From: an uncultured delta proteobacterium
GTDB lineage: Bacteria > Desulfobacterota > Binatia > Binatales > Binataceae
Reading direction: 5' to 3'
Length of the DNA stretch: 64,000 bases
NCBI GenBank assembly: GCA_963842085.1
Contig: CAWJET010000001.1
Span: forward strand, 192,001-256,000
Shown here one piece after another: positions 54,936 to 64,000 of the stretch. The number at the start of each line of letters is the position of its first letter. The first letter of the stretch is position 1. Under the pieces are notes generated by a model. That model did not search any database. It saw nothing but the letters and a program-made list of their open reading frames with translations, and was not told where the DNA came from. Made by a program: the position numbers and the translations under genes.

Positions 54936-56903
54936 TTACGCCGCCCTTGCCAGCGATCTTTTCTCCGGCCCGACCGCTATTTTTGCCGCTGCGCCTTGTT
55001 CGGTCCGCGGTAGCAGACGTGCCGAGTTGAGAATGAAGGCTAGTTCGGAAGTCACGTGAATGAAGGCGGCCAAGGGCGGACTCAACAGGCCCACCGACGC
55101 CAGTGCGATGCCGATCAGGTCAACTCCGATCGTGCCGGCGAAATTCCACCAGATTACGCGCCGAGTCCATCGCGCAATCTCGAGCGTCTCGGTGAACTTC
55201 AACAAGTCGTTGCCGAGCAGGACAACGTCTGCGCTCTCGCGGGCGACGTCCGTTCCCGAACCCATCGCGACGCCTACACTGGCCTCTGCCAACGCGGGCG
55301 CATCGTTGATTCCGTCGCCGACCATAGCCACGACGCGGCCGGCTGCCACGAGGCTCTTGACGCGCGCGAGTTTCGTCTCCGGTAACAGGCCGGCTTCGAC
55401 CTCGCTGATTCCGAGAGCGCGGGCGACCATCGCGGCGACATGCTCAGTATCTCCTGTCAGCAGAACGCTCCGGATGCCCATACGATTTAACGCCTCGATA
55501 GCGCGCCGCGCCTCTGGCCGCACGGTATCGGCGATTACGATCGCCCCGAGAAGGCGGGCGTCGCGCGTAACGAAAACCTCCGAGGAAGTGTCCGCGTCAG
55601 CCGCAAAGTCGCGCGGCACTTCTATCGCTTGATCAATAAAAAGCCCGCGATTGCCTACCAGGATCGTCACGCCATTCACCACCGTCGCGATGCCGCGGCC
55701 CGGGAAATAGTCAAACCGCTCGGGCTCACGGAGTGAATGGTTTTTCGCCAACGCGAGGTTAACGATTGCTTTGCCTAGCGGATGCTCGGAACGCATTTCC
55801 GCCGATGCCGCCGCATCGAGGACTTCGTCTGCCGATACACCAGTCACTGGGACCATCGCCTGCACTTCGGTCTTGCCGAAGGTGAGCGTGCCGGTCTTGT
55901 CGAGAACGACAGTATCTACCCGGCCCAAAGTCTCCAAATACAGGCCACCTTTCACGATCGCGCCAAGCCGCGCCGAGCGACCGATGCCCCCCAGAATCGC
56001 CAACGGTGTGCCCGCAGCTATGCCGCACGCGCCCGCAACGATTATTACGGAAATGGTAGACCGCGCATCTCGGGTGATGATGAACGTGAGCACCGCAGCG
56101 GCGAGCGCAAAATAGACCAGATATCCTGCCAATCGATCCGCTAACTGCTGCACCGGCGCACGCGAACGTTCGGCATGCTCAACTGCCTCGATGATCCTGC
56201 CGTAGCTGGTGTCGCGCCCGATTCGCTCCACCCGCATCTCGAGCGCCCCCGATTGATTAATTGTCCCGGCATACACAACCGCTCCCGCTACTTTCTCGGT
56301 GGGCATCGACTCGCCCGTAATTCGGGACTGGTCAACAAATGAGTGGCCGCTGGTCACGATGCCATCGGTCGGCACCAGATCGCCCGGGTTGACGAGTACC
56401 GAATCACCGATACGCAGCTCTTCGGTGGAAAACTCGCGGATGCCGCCGGCGCGCCGAACCATGACCGAGCGGGGAATGAAATCCATCAAATCCCGGATGG
56501 CCCGGCGGCCGCGAGAAACGGTCATCCCCTCGAGCACCTCGGCGACCAGAACGAACAACGTGATGATGAGCGCGGTAAATAACTGCGAGATGCAAGCGGC
56601 CGCGACGATCGCGATGCTCATGGACAATTCCATGGTCATTCGTCGTTCGGCGGCATTCTCCGCCGCTTCCTTGAAGATTGGCCAGCCGCCGATCAGAACG
56701 CCCAATGCGCCGATCAGGCTTATGCTCTGGAACGGTTCCCAAAGTCGGAGCCACACGGCCGCCGTGGCAAGCGCGACCACGATGATGCGCGCCGATTCGA
56801 CCGGGCCCAAGACCCGGTTGCGGTCCTCAGCGGCCGAGGCGGTCGTTTCACGCTGAGCCTGATCGACTAAAGTCGGGACTTCGACTCGTTCACGCTGATC
56901 CAT
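54936..56903 (-). CDS. Heavy-metal-translocating P1B-type ATPase
   Basis: TGES, DKTGTLT, SEHP, GDGINDAPAL; TM motif AGACGIAAGTP. Confidence 0.93.
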   Translation of the reverse strand: MDQRERVEVPTLVDQAQRETTASAAEDRNRVLGPVESARIIVVALATAAVWLRLWEPFQSISLIGALGVLIGGWPIFKEAAENAAERRMTMELSMSIAIVAAACISQLFTALIITLFVLVAEVLEGMTVSRGRRAIRDLMDFIPRSVMVRRAGGIREFSTEELRIGDSVLVNPGDLVPTDGIVTSGHSFVDQSRITGESMPTEKVAGAVVYAGTINQSGALEMRVERIGRDTSYGRIIEAVEHAERSRAPVQQLADRLAGYLVYFALAAAVLTFIITRDARSTISVIIVAGACGIAAGTPLAILGGIGRSARLGAIVKGGLYLETLGRVDTVVLDKTGTLTFGKTEVQAMVPVTGVSADEVLDAAASAEMRSEHPLGKAIVNLALAKNHSLREPERFDYFPGRGIATVVNGVTILVGNRGLFIDQAIEVPRDFAADADTSSEVFVTRDARLLGAIVIADTVRPEARRAIEALNRMGIRSVLLTGDTEHVAAMVARALGISEVEAGLLPETKLARVKSLVAAGRVVAMVGDGINDAPALAEASVGVAMGSGTDVARESADVVLLGNDLLKFTETLEIARWTRRVIWWNFAGTIGVDLIGIALASVGLLSPPLAAFIHVTSELAFILNSARLLPRTEQGAAAKIAVGPEKRSLARAA

Positions 56904-56915
56904 CGCAAGGCCCTG

Positions 56916-57191
56916 CTACTTGAGGTATGCCTGAACAATATCGATCAGTTCTTCCGCGCCCCTGGCACGAGAGCCGCGTTCGTGATCCGGATCGACAACA
57001 TGCATCCGGATGTGGTCCTCAATGATCTCAACCATCAGGCTGTTCATTGCTCCGCGCGCAGCGACCACCAGATGAAGGACGTTGGCGCAGCCCTTTTCTT
57101 CTTCGACCGCTCTTTCGAGCGCACGGACCTGCCCGAGAACACGGCGCACTCGGTTCAGGAGCTTGGTTTTCTCTTTGATGGTATGCGACAT
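56916..57191 (-). CDS. CsoR/RcnR family metal-sensing repressor (RcnR-type H3-C35-H60-H64 fingerprint)
   Basis: MSHTIKEK..GQV..C35..H60..H64 counted from ATG 57191. Confidence 0.9.
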   Translation of the reverse strand: MSHTIKEKTKLLNRVRRVLGQVRALERAVEEEKGCANVLHLVVAARGAMNSLMVEIIEDHIRMHVVDPDHERGSRARGAEELIDIVQAYLK

Positions 57192-57210
57192 AATCGAACG
57201 GGTTCTCCTC

Positions 57211-57304
57211 ATACCAAAGGGGGTATAGTAATATACGGCATCGCTGAGGTCCAGCGCTGCATGAGTGCAATCGTTCGATTGGAATCAATACCCTAGGGGA
57301 TATT
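57211..57304. promoter_or_regulatory. Two CsoR/RcnR-type operators
   Basis: ATACCAAAGGGGGTAT (57211-57226) and AATACCCTAGGGGATATT (57287-57304): AT-rich inverted ends around G/C tracts. Confidence 0.7.
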
Positions 57305-57347
57305 GGCCTGGGTTCGGCGGAGCCGTCGCCATAGTGCTGGTCTCCGG

Positions 57348-58751
57348 CTAGCCCGCCGCCTCCCCGGTACGCATCGCCGATGCGCTCACCCCGTGAGTGG
57401 ATGCAATGATGCGGATAGCGGCACGGGTCAGGGGCACCAGGCTCGGGCGATGAATCTTGTCGAGCGTGTCGATGGCGTCGAAGAGGTAGAAGGGCGCGGT
57501 GAGGAAGTTGACCAGCGGCACGCCGGCAAGATGAAAGGGTCCGCCGTCGCTGGTTGGCATCGGGCCGAAGACATCGGGCGGAAGGATCAGCGAGCGCTCG
57601 AGCTGCTCGGCAACAATCGCCTCGCGCACCATCGCCTCGACCGGCGCGAGCCTGCTCGTGAACCACCAGCGCGGCTCTGGATGCCCGGAGGCCACCAGGC
57701 CGCCATCGCGCTCGATCATCTCGTTCGCGGCGTGCTCGAGGTGGACTTCGAGCACCACGCGCACCAGCTCCGTCCTGTGCCGGTCAATAAACGAGTGCAC
57801 GCCGGCGCCGCCGGCCATGTGTCCCGCGTTGAGGAGGAAGACCAGGCGGTGCGGGCGCTCCGCCGACGCAACGCGCGCCCAGTAGGTGGCCTGCGCCAGG
57901 ACCATCGCTACGCCCGATGCGTCCTCGACCGCGGACGACCACGGGCCGTCGTGGTGTGAGCCAACGATGACACTGTCCTCTTCGGCCCCGGGCAGTTCGC
58001 CAACGACGTTATAGCTGGTTATGTCGTGGCGGATCGCGCGGTTGACCAATGTGCCCTGCACGCTTCCCGCGTCGCAGTATTGTCGCATCCGTGCGCCGTC
58101 GCCGTCACTGATCCAGACTCCGGGGATCGCGCGCGCCACGCCATCATAGGGGACGTAGTAGCGGTACGAGTCGCCGGGGTAGCCGCTCAACACCCCTACG
58201 AATCCGATCGCACCCGCCGCGAGAGGCGCATCCATAACCGCCATGAGGTGTTGGCTGAACGGCAGTACCTGGTTGGCCCCGGCGAGGCTGCCGTGCGGAT
58301 CGTAGCGTCGCCAGTCGGTATAGGCTTCTCCCGCCACGGCGCCTGCGAGCAGCAGCGGCAGATCCGCCGGCGAACGCATGAGCGGAACGTCGACCAGAGC
58401 GATCGCGCCACGGACGGCGCCGGGCGTTTGGTCACGCCACGGGACGAGCGGCGCGTCGAGACCATCACCGTCGGTCGCCGCCGAATGCGGCAGCGAGAAG
58501 CATGGAACGCGCGCCTCGCCGCCATCCGCGCGCACTGTCAATGTTGACTCAAGCGGCTCCCAGTAAGGCAGTGTCACGGGCTCGAGCCGGACGTGCTCCA
58601 GCCCGAGTTGGCGGAAGCGCTCGAGGCAGAAGTTCTCGGTCCAGCGATCGGCTGCATACCCGGGTCGCCGAACGCCGCGGGCAAAGACGGTCTCGATCCA
58701 CTCGAAGATGGTGCGCTCGTCCGGGACGAACGCGTTTTGCAGCCTGTTCAT
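57348..58751 (-). CDS. M28 peptidase-like protein with altered metal-ligand motifs
   Basis: NVVGELPG, VGSHHDG, EDASG, PTSDGG; ATG at 58751. Confidence 0.75.
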   Translation of the reverse strand: MNRLQNAFVPDERTIFEWIETVFARGVRRPGYAADRWTENFCLERFRQLGLEHVRLEPVTLPYWEPLESTLTVRADGGEARVPCFSLPHSAATDGDGLDAPLVPWRDQTPGAVRGAIALVDVPLMRSPADLPLLLAGAVAGEAYTDWRRYDPHGSLAGANQVLPFSQHLMAVMDAPLAAGAIGFVGVLSGYPGDSYRYYVPYDGVARAIPGVWISDGDGARMRQYCDAGSVQGTLVNRAIRHDITSYNVVGELPGAEEDSVIVGSHHDGPWSSAVEDASGVAMVLAQATYWARVASAERPHRLVFLLNAGHMAGGAGVHSFIDRHRTELVRVVLEVHLEHAANEMIERDGGLVASGHPEPRWWFTSRLAPVEAMVREAIVAEQLERSLILPPDVFGPMPTSDGGPFHLAGVPLVNFLTAPFYLFDAIDTLDKIHRPSLVPLTRAAIRIIASTHGVSASAMRTGEAAG

Positions 58752-58783
58752 CCTAACAGACTCGCGGAGAGGTGCGCAGGATG

Positions 58784-59257
58784 TCAGCTCGCGGCCGGCG
58801 CGTCCGCCTGCGGGACAGTTTCCGGCTTGCCTTGTGGCCAGGTCGTTTCGATCTCGCGCGAGTAAACGCCGTAGATCACATTCACCAATTCGGCATGCCT
58901 GATCAGGATTCTCATGTCGCCGGTGATCTTGACGCTGCCCTTGAGTCCGGCATCGATCAGATCGATCAGTCCCGCGGCGACTCCTTCGAATACCGAGGCG
59001 GGCAGCTCGAAAATGAAATCGAAGTCCTTGCGCGGCGGCTGGACCTCCACCTGCCGGTATTCGAGGCACTTGCCGTCGGAGAACACCACGACGAAATTGA
59101 GCACATCGCCGGCCGCAAGATACGGCGAGCGCGCATCGCCGACAATCTTCGCAAGTACGTGGAAAGTGCCGCGCGGCGCGTTGCGATCGACTTCGGGATT
59201 TTCATTCAGGATCTTCCTCAGAGCTTCGTACCATTCGGTAGTGTAAATCGCAGGCAT
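58784..59257 (-). CDS. SCP2 sterol-binding-domain-like protein
   Basis: DFIFELPASVF..GLIDLIDAGLKGSVKITGDM. Confidence 0.7.
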   Translation of the reverse strand: MPAIYTTEWYEALRKILNENPEVDRNAPRGTFHVLAKIVGDARSPYLAAGDVLNFVVVFSDGKCLEYRQVEVQPPRKDFDFIFELPASVFEGVAAGLIDLIDAGLKGSVKITGDMRILIRHAELVNVIYGVYSREIETTWPQGKPETVPQADAPAAS

Positions 59258-59270
59258 GATCGATCCTCCG

Positions 59271-60881
59271 CTAGTAGAGCCGTCCTTCCTGCTGCCAGAT
59301 TTTCGGCAGGCCAAAGTCGTGCGCGATAACCTTGTAGGCGTTGTAGCCGCCGGCCGCGCTGATTCCGCCGCCGCCCGCCGACGCGCCGCACATGTACAGT
59401 CCCTCGATTTCGGTGCGGTAGATGTGCTTCCGCGGCAGCCCGGGATTCATATGGCCGAGCCGACCGTGCGAGAAATCGCCCTCGGGCATCGCGATCCGCC
59501 GCTCCATGTCGAGGGAGACGTATAGCTTGTCCGCGAGCACGTTCTCGCGCGTCATGTTGGGGGCGTAGGTGCGCCAGAGCTCGAGGAATTTTCCGTTGTA
59601 CTCGCGCCGCACGGTGTCCCATTCCTCCGGGCTGAGGCACGAAGCGCGCGGAAAGAAGAACCATCCGTTCATCGCATGGAGTCCCGGCGGCGCCTGGCTG
59701 GGATCCCAAAGCGAGTTGACCCACGTACCCGCGCCGGGACGGTCGGGAATCTGCCCGCCGTAGGCCTGCAGGATGTAGTCGGAGACCTGGTGAGCGTCCT
59801 CGAATCCGACGATTGTGTAAAAGCACTTGTTGATGTCGGGGTTGTGCCGCGCGGACTTGTAGTCGGGTGGATTGCGCAATGCGAACGACGGCGTCCCGAG
59901 CACGTGCTCAGGACCGAAGCGCCAGTTCGCCATCCGCTCTTTGCGGAAGTCGCTCAGCTTCTCCCACCCCATCAGATCGACAAAGGTGGTTTTCGGATCG
60001 GCGTTGGACGCTATCAGCTTGCGCGCCTCGACCGTGCGCCCGTCCTTCAACCTGACGCCGGTGGTGCGTCCGCCTGAGTTCAGAATCTCGACGACCGGGC
60101 TGCTGTAGCGGAGGTCCGCGCCCGCCGCGAGCGCCGCACTCGCCATCGCATGCGCGAGGGTATGAGTGCCGCCGATCGACAGGTAATGATTGCCGCACAG
60201 CCAGATCACCGCCATCACGAATCCCATGCCGTCGCCGGCGTGCAGGTTAGCTCCCCATTCGACGCACTGGCGATACATCGTCGCCCGCATCTCGCTCGAC
60301 TCGAACACTTCGTCGATCAGCACCTTCGGGCACTTGTTCAGTTCTTGGGGTTTGAAGCCGATGTCGAGCCACAACTGCATCATCCGGCCCAGGATCGTTT
60401 CGTCGCGCCCATCAGACGGGACTTCGTTGGCCGGCGGGCTATAGAGCATAGCCGAGATGTAGTTGTTGGCATCGAGCACTTTGCGCCGGATCGCATCGAA
60501 AGTGTCGGCGTCGCGGCGCGAGTAGTGCGCGATGCTTTGGCGGGTCTTGTCCGCGAATTCGGGACGGTAGATGACCAGCGGCGGCCTGCCATCGGCAAAC
60601 GTAATCCCGACCTGCGCGTCGGGCTTGATCATCCGCGCGCCGAAACCGGGCAAGTCGAAGTCGCGATAGAAGGGCATCATCTCGATGAACTCCATGTACT
60701 GGGCATGGAGGTTGTGCCAGAAGCCGGGCACGGTGGCCTCGTCGGTATGCGCGCCGCCGCCTTCGTCGTGACGCCGCTCGAACATCCCGACTTTCAGGCC
60801 TGCGCGCGCGAGATAGGCGGCGAGGCACAGCCCGTTGTGGCCGGCCCCGATAATCACCGCGTCGTAAGATGCGTCTGCCAT
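59271..60881 (-). CDS. Phytoene dehydrogenase-like NAD(P)/FAD oxidoreductase (PYROXD2/CrtO-like)
   Basis: YDAVIIGAGHNGL..AAYLARAG, PGFWHNLHA, RTEIEGLYMCGAS..GGG. Confidence 0.88.
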   Translation of the reverse strand: MADASYDAVIIGAGHNGLCLAAYLARAGLKVGMFERRHDEGGGAHTDEATVPGFWHNLHAQYMEFIEMMPFYRDFDLPGFGARMIKPDAQVGITFADGRPPLVIYRPEFADKTRQSIAHYSRRDADTFDAIRRKVLDANNYISAMLYSPPANEVPSDGRDETILGRMMQLWLDIGFKPQELNKCPKVLIDEVFESSEMRATMYRQCVEWGANLHAGDGMGFVMAVIWLCGNHYLSIGGTHTLAHAMASAALAAGADLRYSSPVVEILNSGGRTTGVRLKDGRTVEARKLIASNADPKTTFVDLMGWEKLSDFRKERMANWRFGPEHVLGTPSFALRNPPDYKSARHNPDINKCFYTIVGFEDAHQVSDYILQAYGGQIPDRPGAGTWVNSLWDPSQAPPGLHAMNGWFFFPRASCLSPEEWDTVRREYNGKFLELWRTYAPNMTRENVLADKLYVSLDMERRIAMPEGDFSHGRLGHMNPGLPRKHIYRTEIEGLYMCGASAGGGGISAAGGYNAYKVIAHDFGLPKIWQQEGRLY

Positions 60882-60892
60882 ATAAGTCTCCT

Positions 60893-61303
60893 CTAACGCG
60901 CGCCGTCGCGGCCGAGTTTCATCAGCCGATGAACCCGCAAAGGAAGAAACGGGTTGCGCAACCGCGATTTCACTTTTAGATGTCCACGAAGATGCTCGAT
61001 TAGCGGATTGGTGCGGCCCTGGAGCAACTCGGTCAGCGATTGGTACGGTCCGGCAATGCTCGCATCGAGCGGTTCCGCACTGCCGTCGCACACCGCGATT
61101 TGACTGCCGAGAAAATCAACTGTGACCGACGCGTGATAATCGGTTGCCGTCAGTCCCAGGCGTCCGCGCAAGCGCCCGGCGCGACGCCGTCGCGAGGCTG
61201 AATCGGCCAACTGCTGTTCGAGGAACTGCTGGACGATCGACGCCAGCCCGCTGGTCGAGCCGTCGGCGAGCCGCACCTCGAGCTTTGAGTCCACGGAAAT
61301 CAT
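60893..61303 (-). CDS. SCP2-like protein
   Basis: DASIAG..LTELLQGRTNPLIEHLRGHLKVK; ATGA overlap with upstream gene. Confidence 0.65.
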   Translation of the reverse strand: MISVDSKLEVRLADGSTSGLASIVQQFLEQQLADSASRRRRAGRLRGRLGLTATDYHASVTVDFLGSQIAVCDGSAEPLDASIAGPYQSLTELLQGRTNPLIEHLRGHLKVKSRLRNPFLPLRVHRLMKLGRDGAR

Positions 61304-62892
61304 TGCCACCAGCGCTCGAGCTTCTGGTCCTGCGCGATAATCTCGAGCGCGTTATAAGCCGGCGCGAAGGTCACGAACCCGTGCGGATGCTGTGTGGCGC
61401 CGCACATGTACAGATTGCCGATTGGTGTCCGATACTCCGAAAGAATCGGGCCGGGACGATGGTCCAGCATGTTGCCGAGATCGATCAACCCGCCGATCCA
61501 GTCGGCCTGAACCATGTTCGGCATCCGGCGCGCGATGTCGAGCGGCGAATAGGTCGCCCAGTCGAGAAACGTGCTATCGCTCAGGTTGGGCGCGGCCGCT
61601 TTCCACACGTCGATGCATCGCTGGCCGTATTCGCGCGAGACTTTTTCCCACGCGCGCGGACCGCCGCTGGCGAGATTGTAAGGCGCCATCTGGCGGAGCA
61701 ACCCGGTGTAGCAGCCGTCGGGCGCGTCGGTCGGATCGTAAAGCGAGTTGACGGCGGCGTTGGGCCGCGGATTCAAGAGTTTGCCGGCGCGCACGTCGCG
61801 CCAATCGTCATTGAACTGCTTCTGATTTTCATAACCGAGGTTAACCACCCACGCGCGGTTGACGTCGGGATCGAACGCGGCCGCGCGATACTCCGGCTTC
61901 GCCGTCATCGCCAGATGGACACTAAAGAACGACCAGTCCATGTGTGGAAAGTGCTCGACTTCAGCCGCGAGCGGCGGCGAAAGGTTTTCGCGGCCGACCA
62001 GGCGGAAGAAAGTCTGCTCGAGGCTGATGGAACTCGCGACCACGTGCCGCGCGCGCACTTCGCTGCCGTCTTCGAGGCGGACGCCGACTGCTTTGCCGTT
62101 CTCGACCAGGATTTTCTCGACGCCATGATTCAGGAAGACGCGTCCACCGGCTTGCGCGAGCGCTTCCCACAATGAATGGGCGAGCGCGTGCGAGCCGCCG
62201 ATGCAGATGTGCCAGTTGTCGATCTTGCTCAGCAGCAGCGGGAACGAAACCGCGAGTCCTCGGCGATCGGTCGCGTAGCCCGCCAGCGCCGCGTGAAATG
62301 ACAGATGAGCCTTGACCCGATCGTTCTCGAAATGGTGGTCGAGGAATTCATTGATCGTCTGATGGCGCAAATGAACGCTCAGGTACTTGCTCTTTTCCTC
62401 TACGCCCCACGTCACCAGCGCCTTGGTGATGTCCTTGATCGAAGTCGGCGGCGAATACATCAAGGTGCGCAAAATCAGGTCGCGGTAGCCGCGCGCCTCT
62501 TCGTAAACGGCGTGGAAGGTGTCAGCGTCCTTGCGCGAAAAGCGCGCGATCGATTCGCAGGTCTTGCTCAGGTCGGTATGCACGACCAGCGCGGAGCCGT
62601 CGCCGAACACGCTCGCCATTTGCACCGGCGGCTGGACGTAGCGCAAGCCGTGCCGCGTGGTGAGTTCGAGATCGTCATAAACGGGGCAGATGCCGACCAG
62701 GGTGTGATAGTTCGCGTGAACGTTGTGCAGGAAGCCGGGCCGCGTCAGTTCCTCGGTGCAGAGTCCGCCACCTTCTTCGGTGCGCTTCTCGAACACCCCG
62801 ACGGACATTCCCGCCTTGGCAAGATAGGCGGCGAGCGCCATGCCGTTGTGACCCGCACCGATGATGATCGCGTCAAAAGTTGCATCGGGCAT
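61300..62892 (-). CDS. Phytoene dehydrogenase-like NAD(P)/FAD oxidoreductase (paralogue of 59271-60881)
   Basis: FDAIIIGAGHNG..AYLAKAG, PGFLHNVHA, YRTPIGNLYMCGATQHP. Confidence 0.88.
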   Translation of the reverse strand: MPDATFDAIIIGAGHNGMALAAYLAKAGMSVGVFEKRTEEGGGLCTEELTRPGFLHNVHANYHTLVGICPVYDDLELTTRHGLRYVQPPVQMASVFGDGSALVVHTDLSKTCESIARFSRKDADTFHAVYEEARGYRDLILRTLMYSPPTSIKDITKALVTWGVEEKSKYLSVHLRHQTINEFLDHHFENDRVKAHLSFHAALAGYATDRRGLAVSFPLLLSKIDNWHICIGGSHALAHSLWEALAQAGGRVFLNHGVEKILVENGKAVGVRLEDGSEVRARHVVASSISLEQTFFRLVGRENLSPPLAAEVEHFPHMDWSFFSVHLAMTAKPEYRAAAFDPDVNRAWVVNLGYENQKQFNDDWRDVRAGKLLNPRPNAAVNSLYDPTDAPDGCYTGLLRQMAPYNLASGGPRAWEKVSREYGQRCIDVWKAAAPNLSDSTFLDWATYSPLDIARRMPNMVQADWIGGLIDLGNMLDHRPGPILSEYRTPIGNLYMCGATQHPHGFVTFAPAYNALEIIAQDQKLERWWQ

Positions 62893-63253
62893 CGAAGAAT
62901 ACCTCTGGGGTTGTCCATCGTCTCATAGGTTGGCGACTATCTCGGCTGATACCGACCGAACGGTTGATACGCATAAGTTGTGCCTTACGAAGAAAAACCG
63001 CGCCCGGTTACGCGATGGCAGCTCTGATCGCCGCGCCAGCCGGACTGTCGCGTTTTCCTGAGAGGAAACCCCAAGCAATCAGTGAGACCGTGCTAAACGT
63101 CTGCCGGCAAGTCTGTATCCGTTCGCGCCCGCAACTGTCGCGATCGGCGACATAACCGAGCGCGCAGCCGGTGGAGCAAGTCGCGATCTTGCTCGAAACT
63201 GGCTGGCCTTGTCGGTTGGCGCGCGAGTTGCTCATTATCGCTGCTGGCTTAGT

Positions 63254-64000
63254 GTGATCTTCAAATTGCTACCGCTGGCCGGACTTAATTTCTGGCGCCG
63301 CAACCGGCAGCGCACGCTTCTGACCGTGCTAGCTGTCATGACTGCCTCGATGGTGTTCTCGGCCGTGATGGTCATCCCGTTTGCGATGTCCGCAATCGTC
63401 GATAGGGCAGACGCGGTTCCCCGCCTTGCAGTCACTAACCGTGCGGCCGTGAGAAGAGGACTGCCCGAATCGTACTACGACAGAATCGCCGCGCTGCCCG
63501 GCGTGGTGGCGGTGAACAGGATGAACTGGTTCGGTGGGATTTATGATGATGTGAGGCATCAGTTCCCGAGCATGGGCATCGATGCCGACAACCCCGACGT
63601 GATCTGGCCCGAGTACGCGCTCGACCATGAGCTGATCGAACGGTTCAAGAGCACCAAGAACGGCGCGATCGTCGGCATCGCCACGCTGCACCGTTTTCGA
63701 TGGCACATTGGCGACGAAGTCTCGCTCCATGAGCCCTCGATACCGTTGACCCTGACCTTCCGCATTGTCGGCACCATCAGCAGCGGTCCCGACCTGACCA
63801 TCTTCCTGTTCCGCCGCGACTACCTCGAGGACGCGATGCATGATCCCGGACTCACCAGCATGCTATGGGTCCGCTGCGCGAGCATGCGCGATGCGTCGCG
63901 TTTGGCCGCCACCATAGACGAGATGTTCCACAACTCTTCGGCCGAAACCCGTACGGAAACCGAGAAGGAGTTTATGGCGCAGATGGTTGCGAAATTCGCG
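63254..64000 (+). CDS. ABC transporter permease (MacB/FtsX family), runs off the window edge
   Basis: Manual translation from GTG 63254: ..NFWRRNRQRTLLTVLAV..GLPESYYDRIAALPGVVAV..WFGGIY; start uncertain. Confidence 0.8.
   Translation, partial: MIFKLLPLAGLNFWRRNRQRTLLTVLAVMTASMVFSAVMVIPFAMSAIVDRADAVPRLAVTNRAAVRRGLPESYYDRIAALPGVVAVNRMNWFGGIYDDVRHQFPSMGIDADNPDVIWPEYALDHELIERFKSTKNGAIVGIATLHRFRWHIGDEVSLHEPSIPLTLTFRIVGTISSGPDLTIFLFRRDYLEDAMHDPGLTSMLWVRCASMRDASRLAATIDEMFHNSSAETRTETEKEFMAQMVAKFA

Noticed and set aside
57348-59069. Single 573-aa ORF, possible fusion of SCP2 and M28
   Set aside because: The extension overlaps the SCP2 gene in another frame; ATG 58751 gives a clean operon arrangement.
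59271-62892. Carotenoid biosynthesis cluster (crtI/crtO)
   Set aside because: No phytoene synthase or cyclase adjacent, and the superfamily includes many non-carotenoid enzymes.

Overview
GC-rich bacterial chromosomal window, probably origin-proximal (two parS sites at about 20.8 kb). The gene repertoire (many SDRs, CaiB, F420-type LLM, hopanoid genes) resembles soil Candidatus Binatota or other deltaproteobacteria-like lineages; this is inference only. The centre is a large hopanoid locus: tetR-hpnH-ispA-adh-shc-dxr-hpnC-hpnD-hpnE-hpnA-cruF-like-SDR, plus hpnG, hpnK and a separate hpnR C-3 methylase. Directly beside it is an uncharacterised polar-headgroup-type cluster (HAD, nucleotidyltransferase, ATP-grasp-like protein, class III aminotransferase, GmhB-like HAD, CDP-alcohol phosphotransferase, B12 radical SAM, Gfo/Idh/MocA), the best candidate for an undescribed system. 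Also present: an ArsR-VOC-SRPBCC x2-beta-propeller-MoaD operon, an RcnR-type regulator with an atypical P1B ATPase, an operon of two phytoene-dehydrogenase-like flavoproteins, two SCP2 proteins and a degenerate M28 protein, three families of intergenic palindromic repeats, and two small ORFs missed by the ORF track (a lipoprotein and a 27-aa CPCGSGK peptide overlapping a strong hairpin). No tRNA, rRNA, CRISPR array or transposase was recognised. Product calls come from motifs read by eye; no database search was run.
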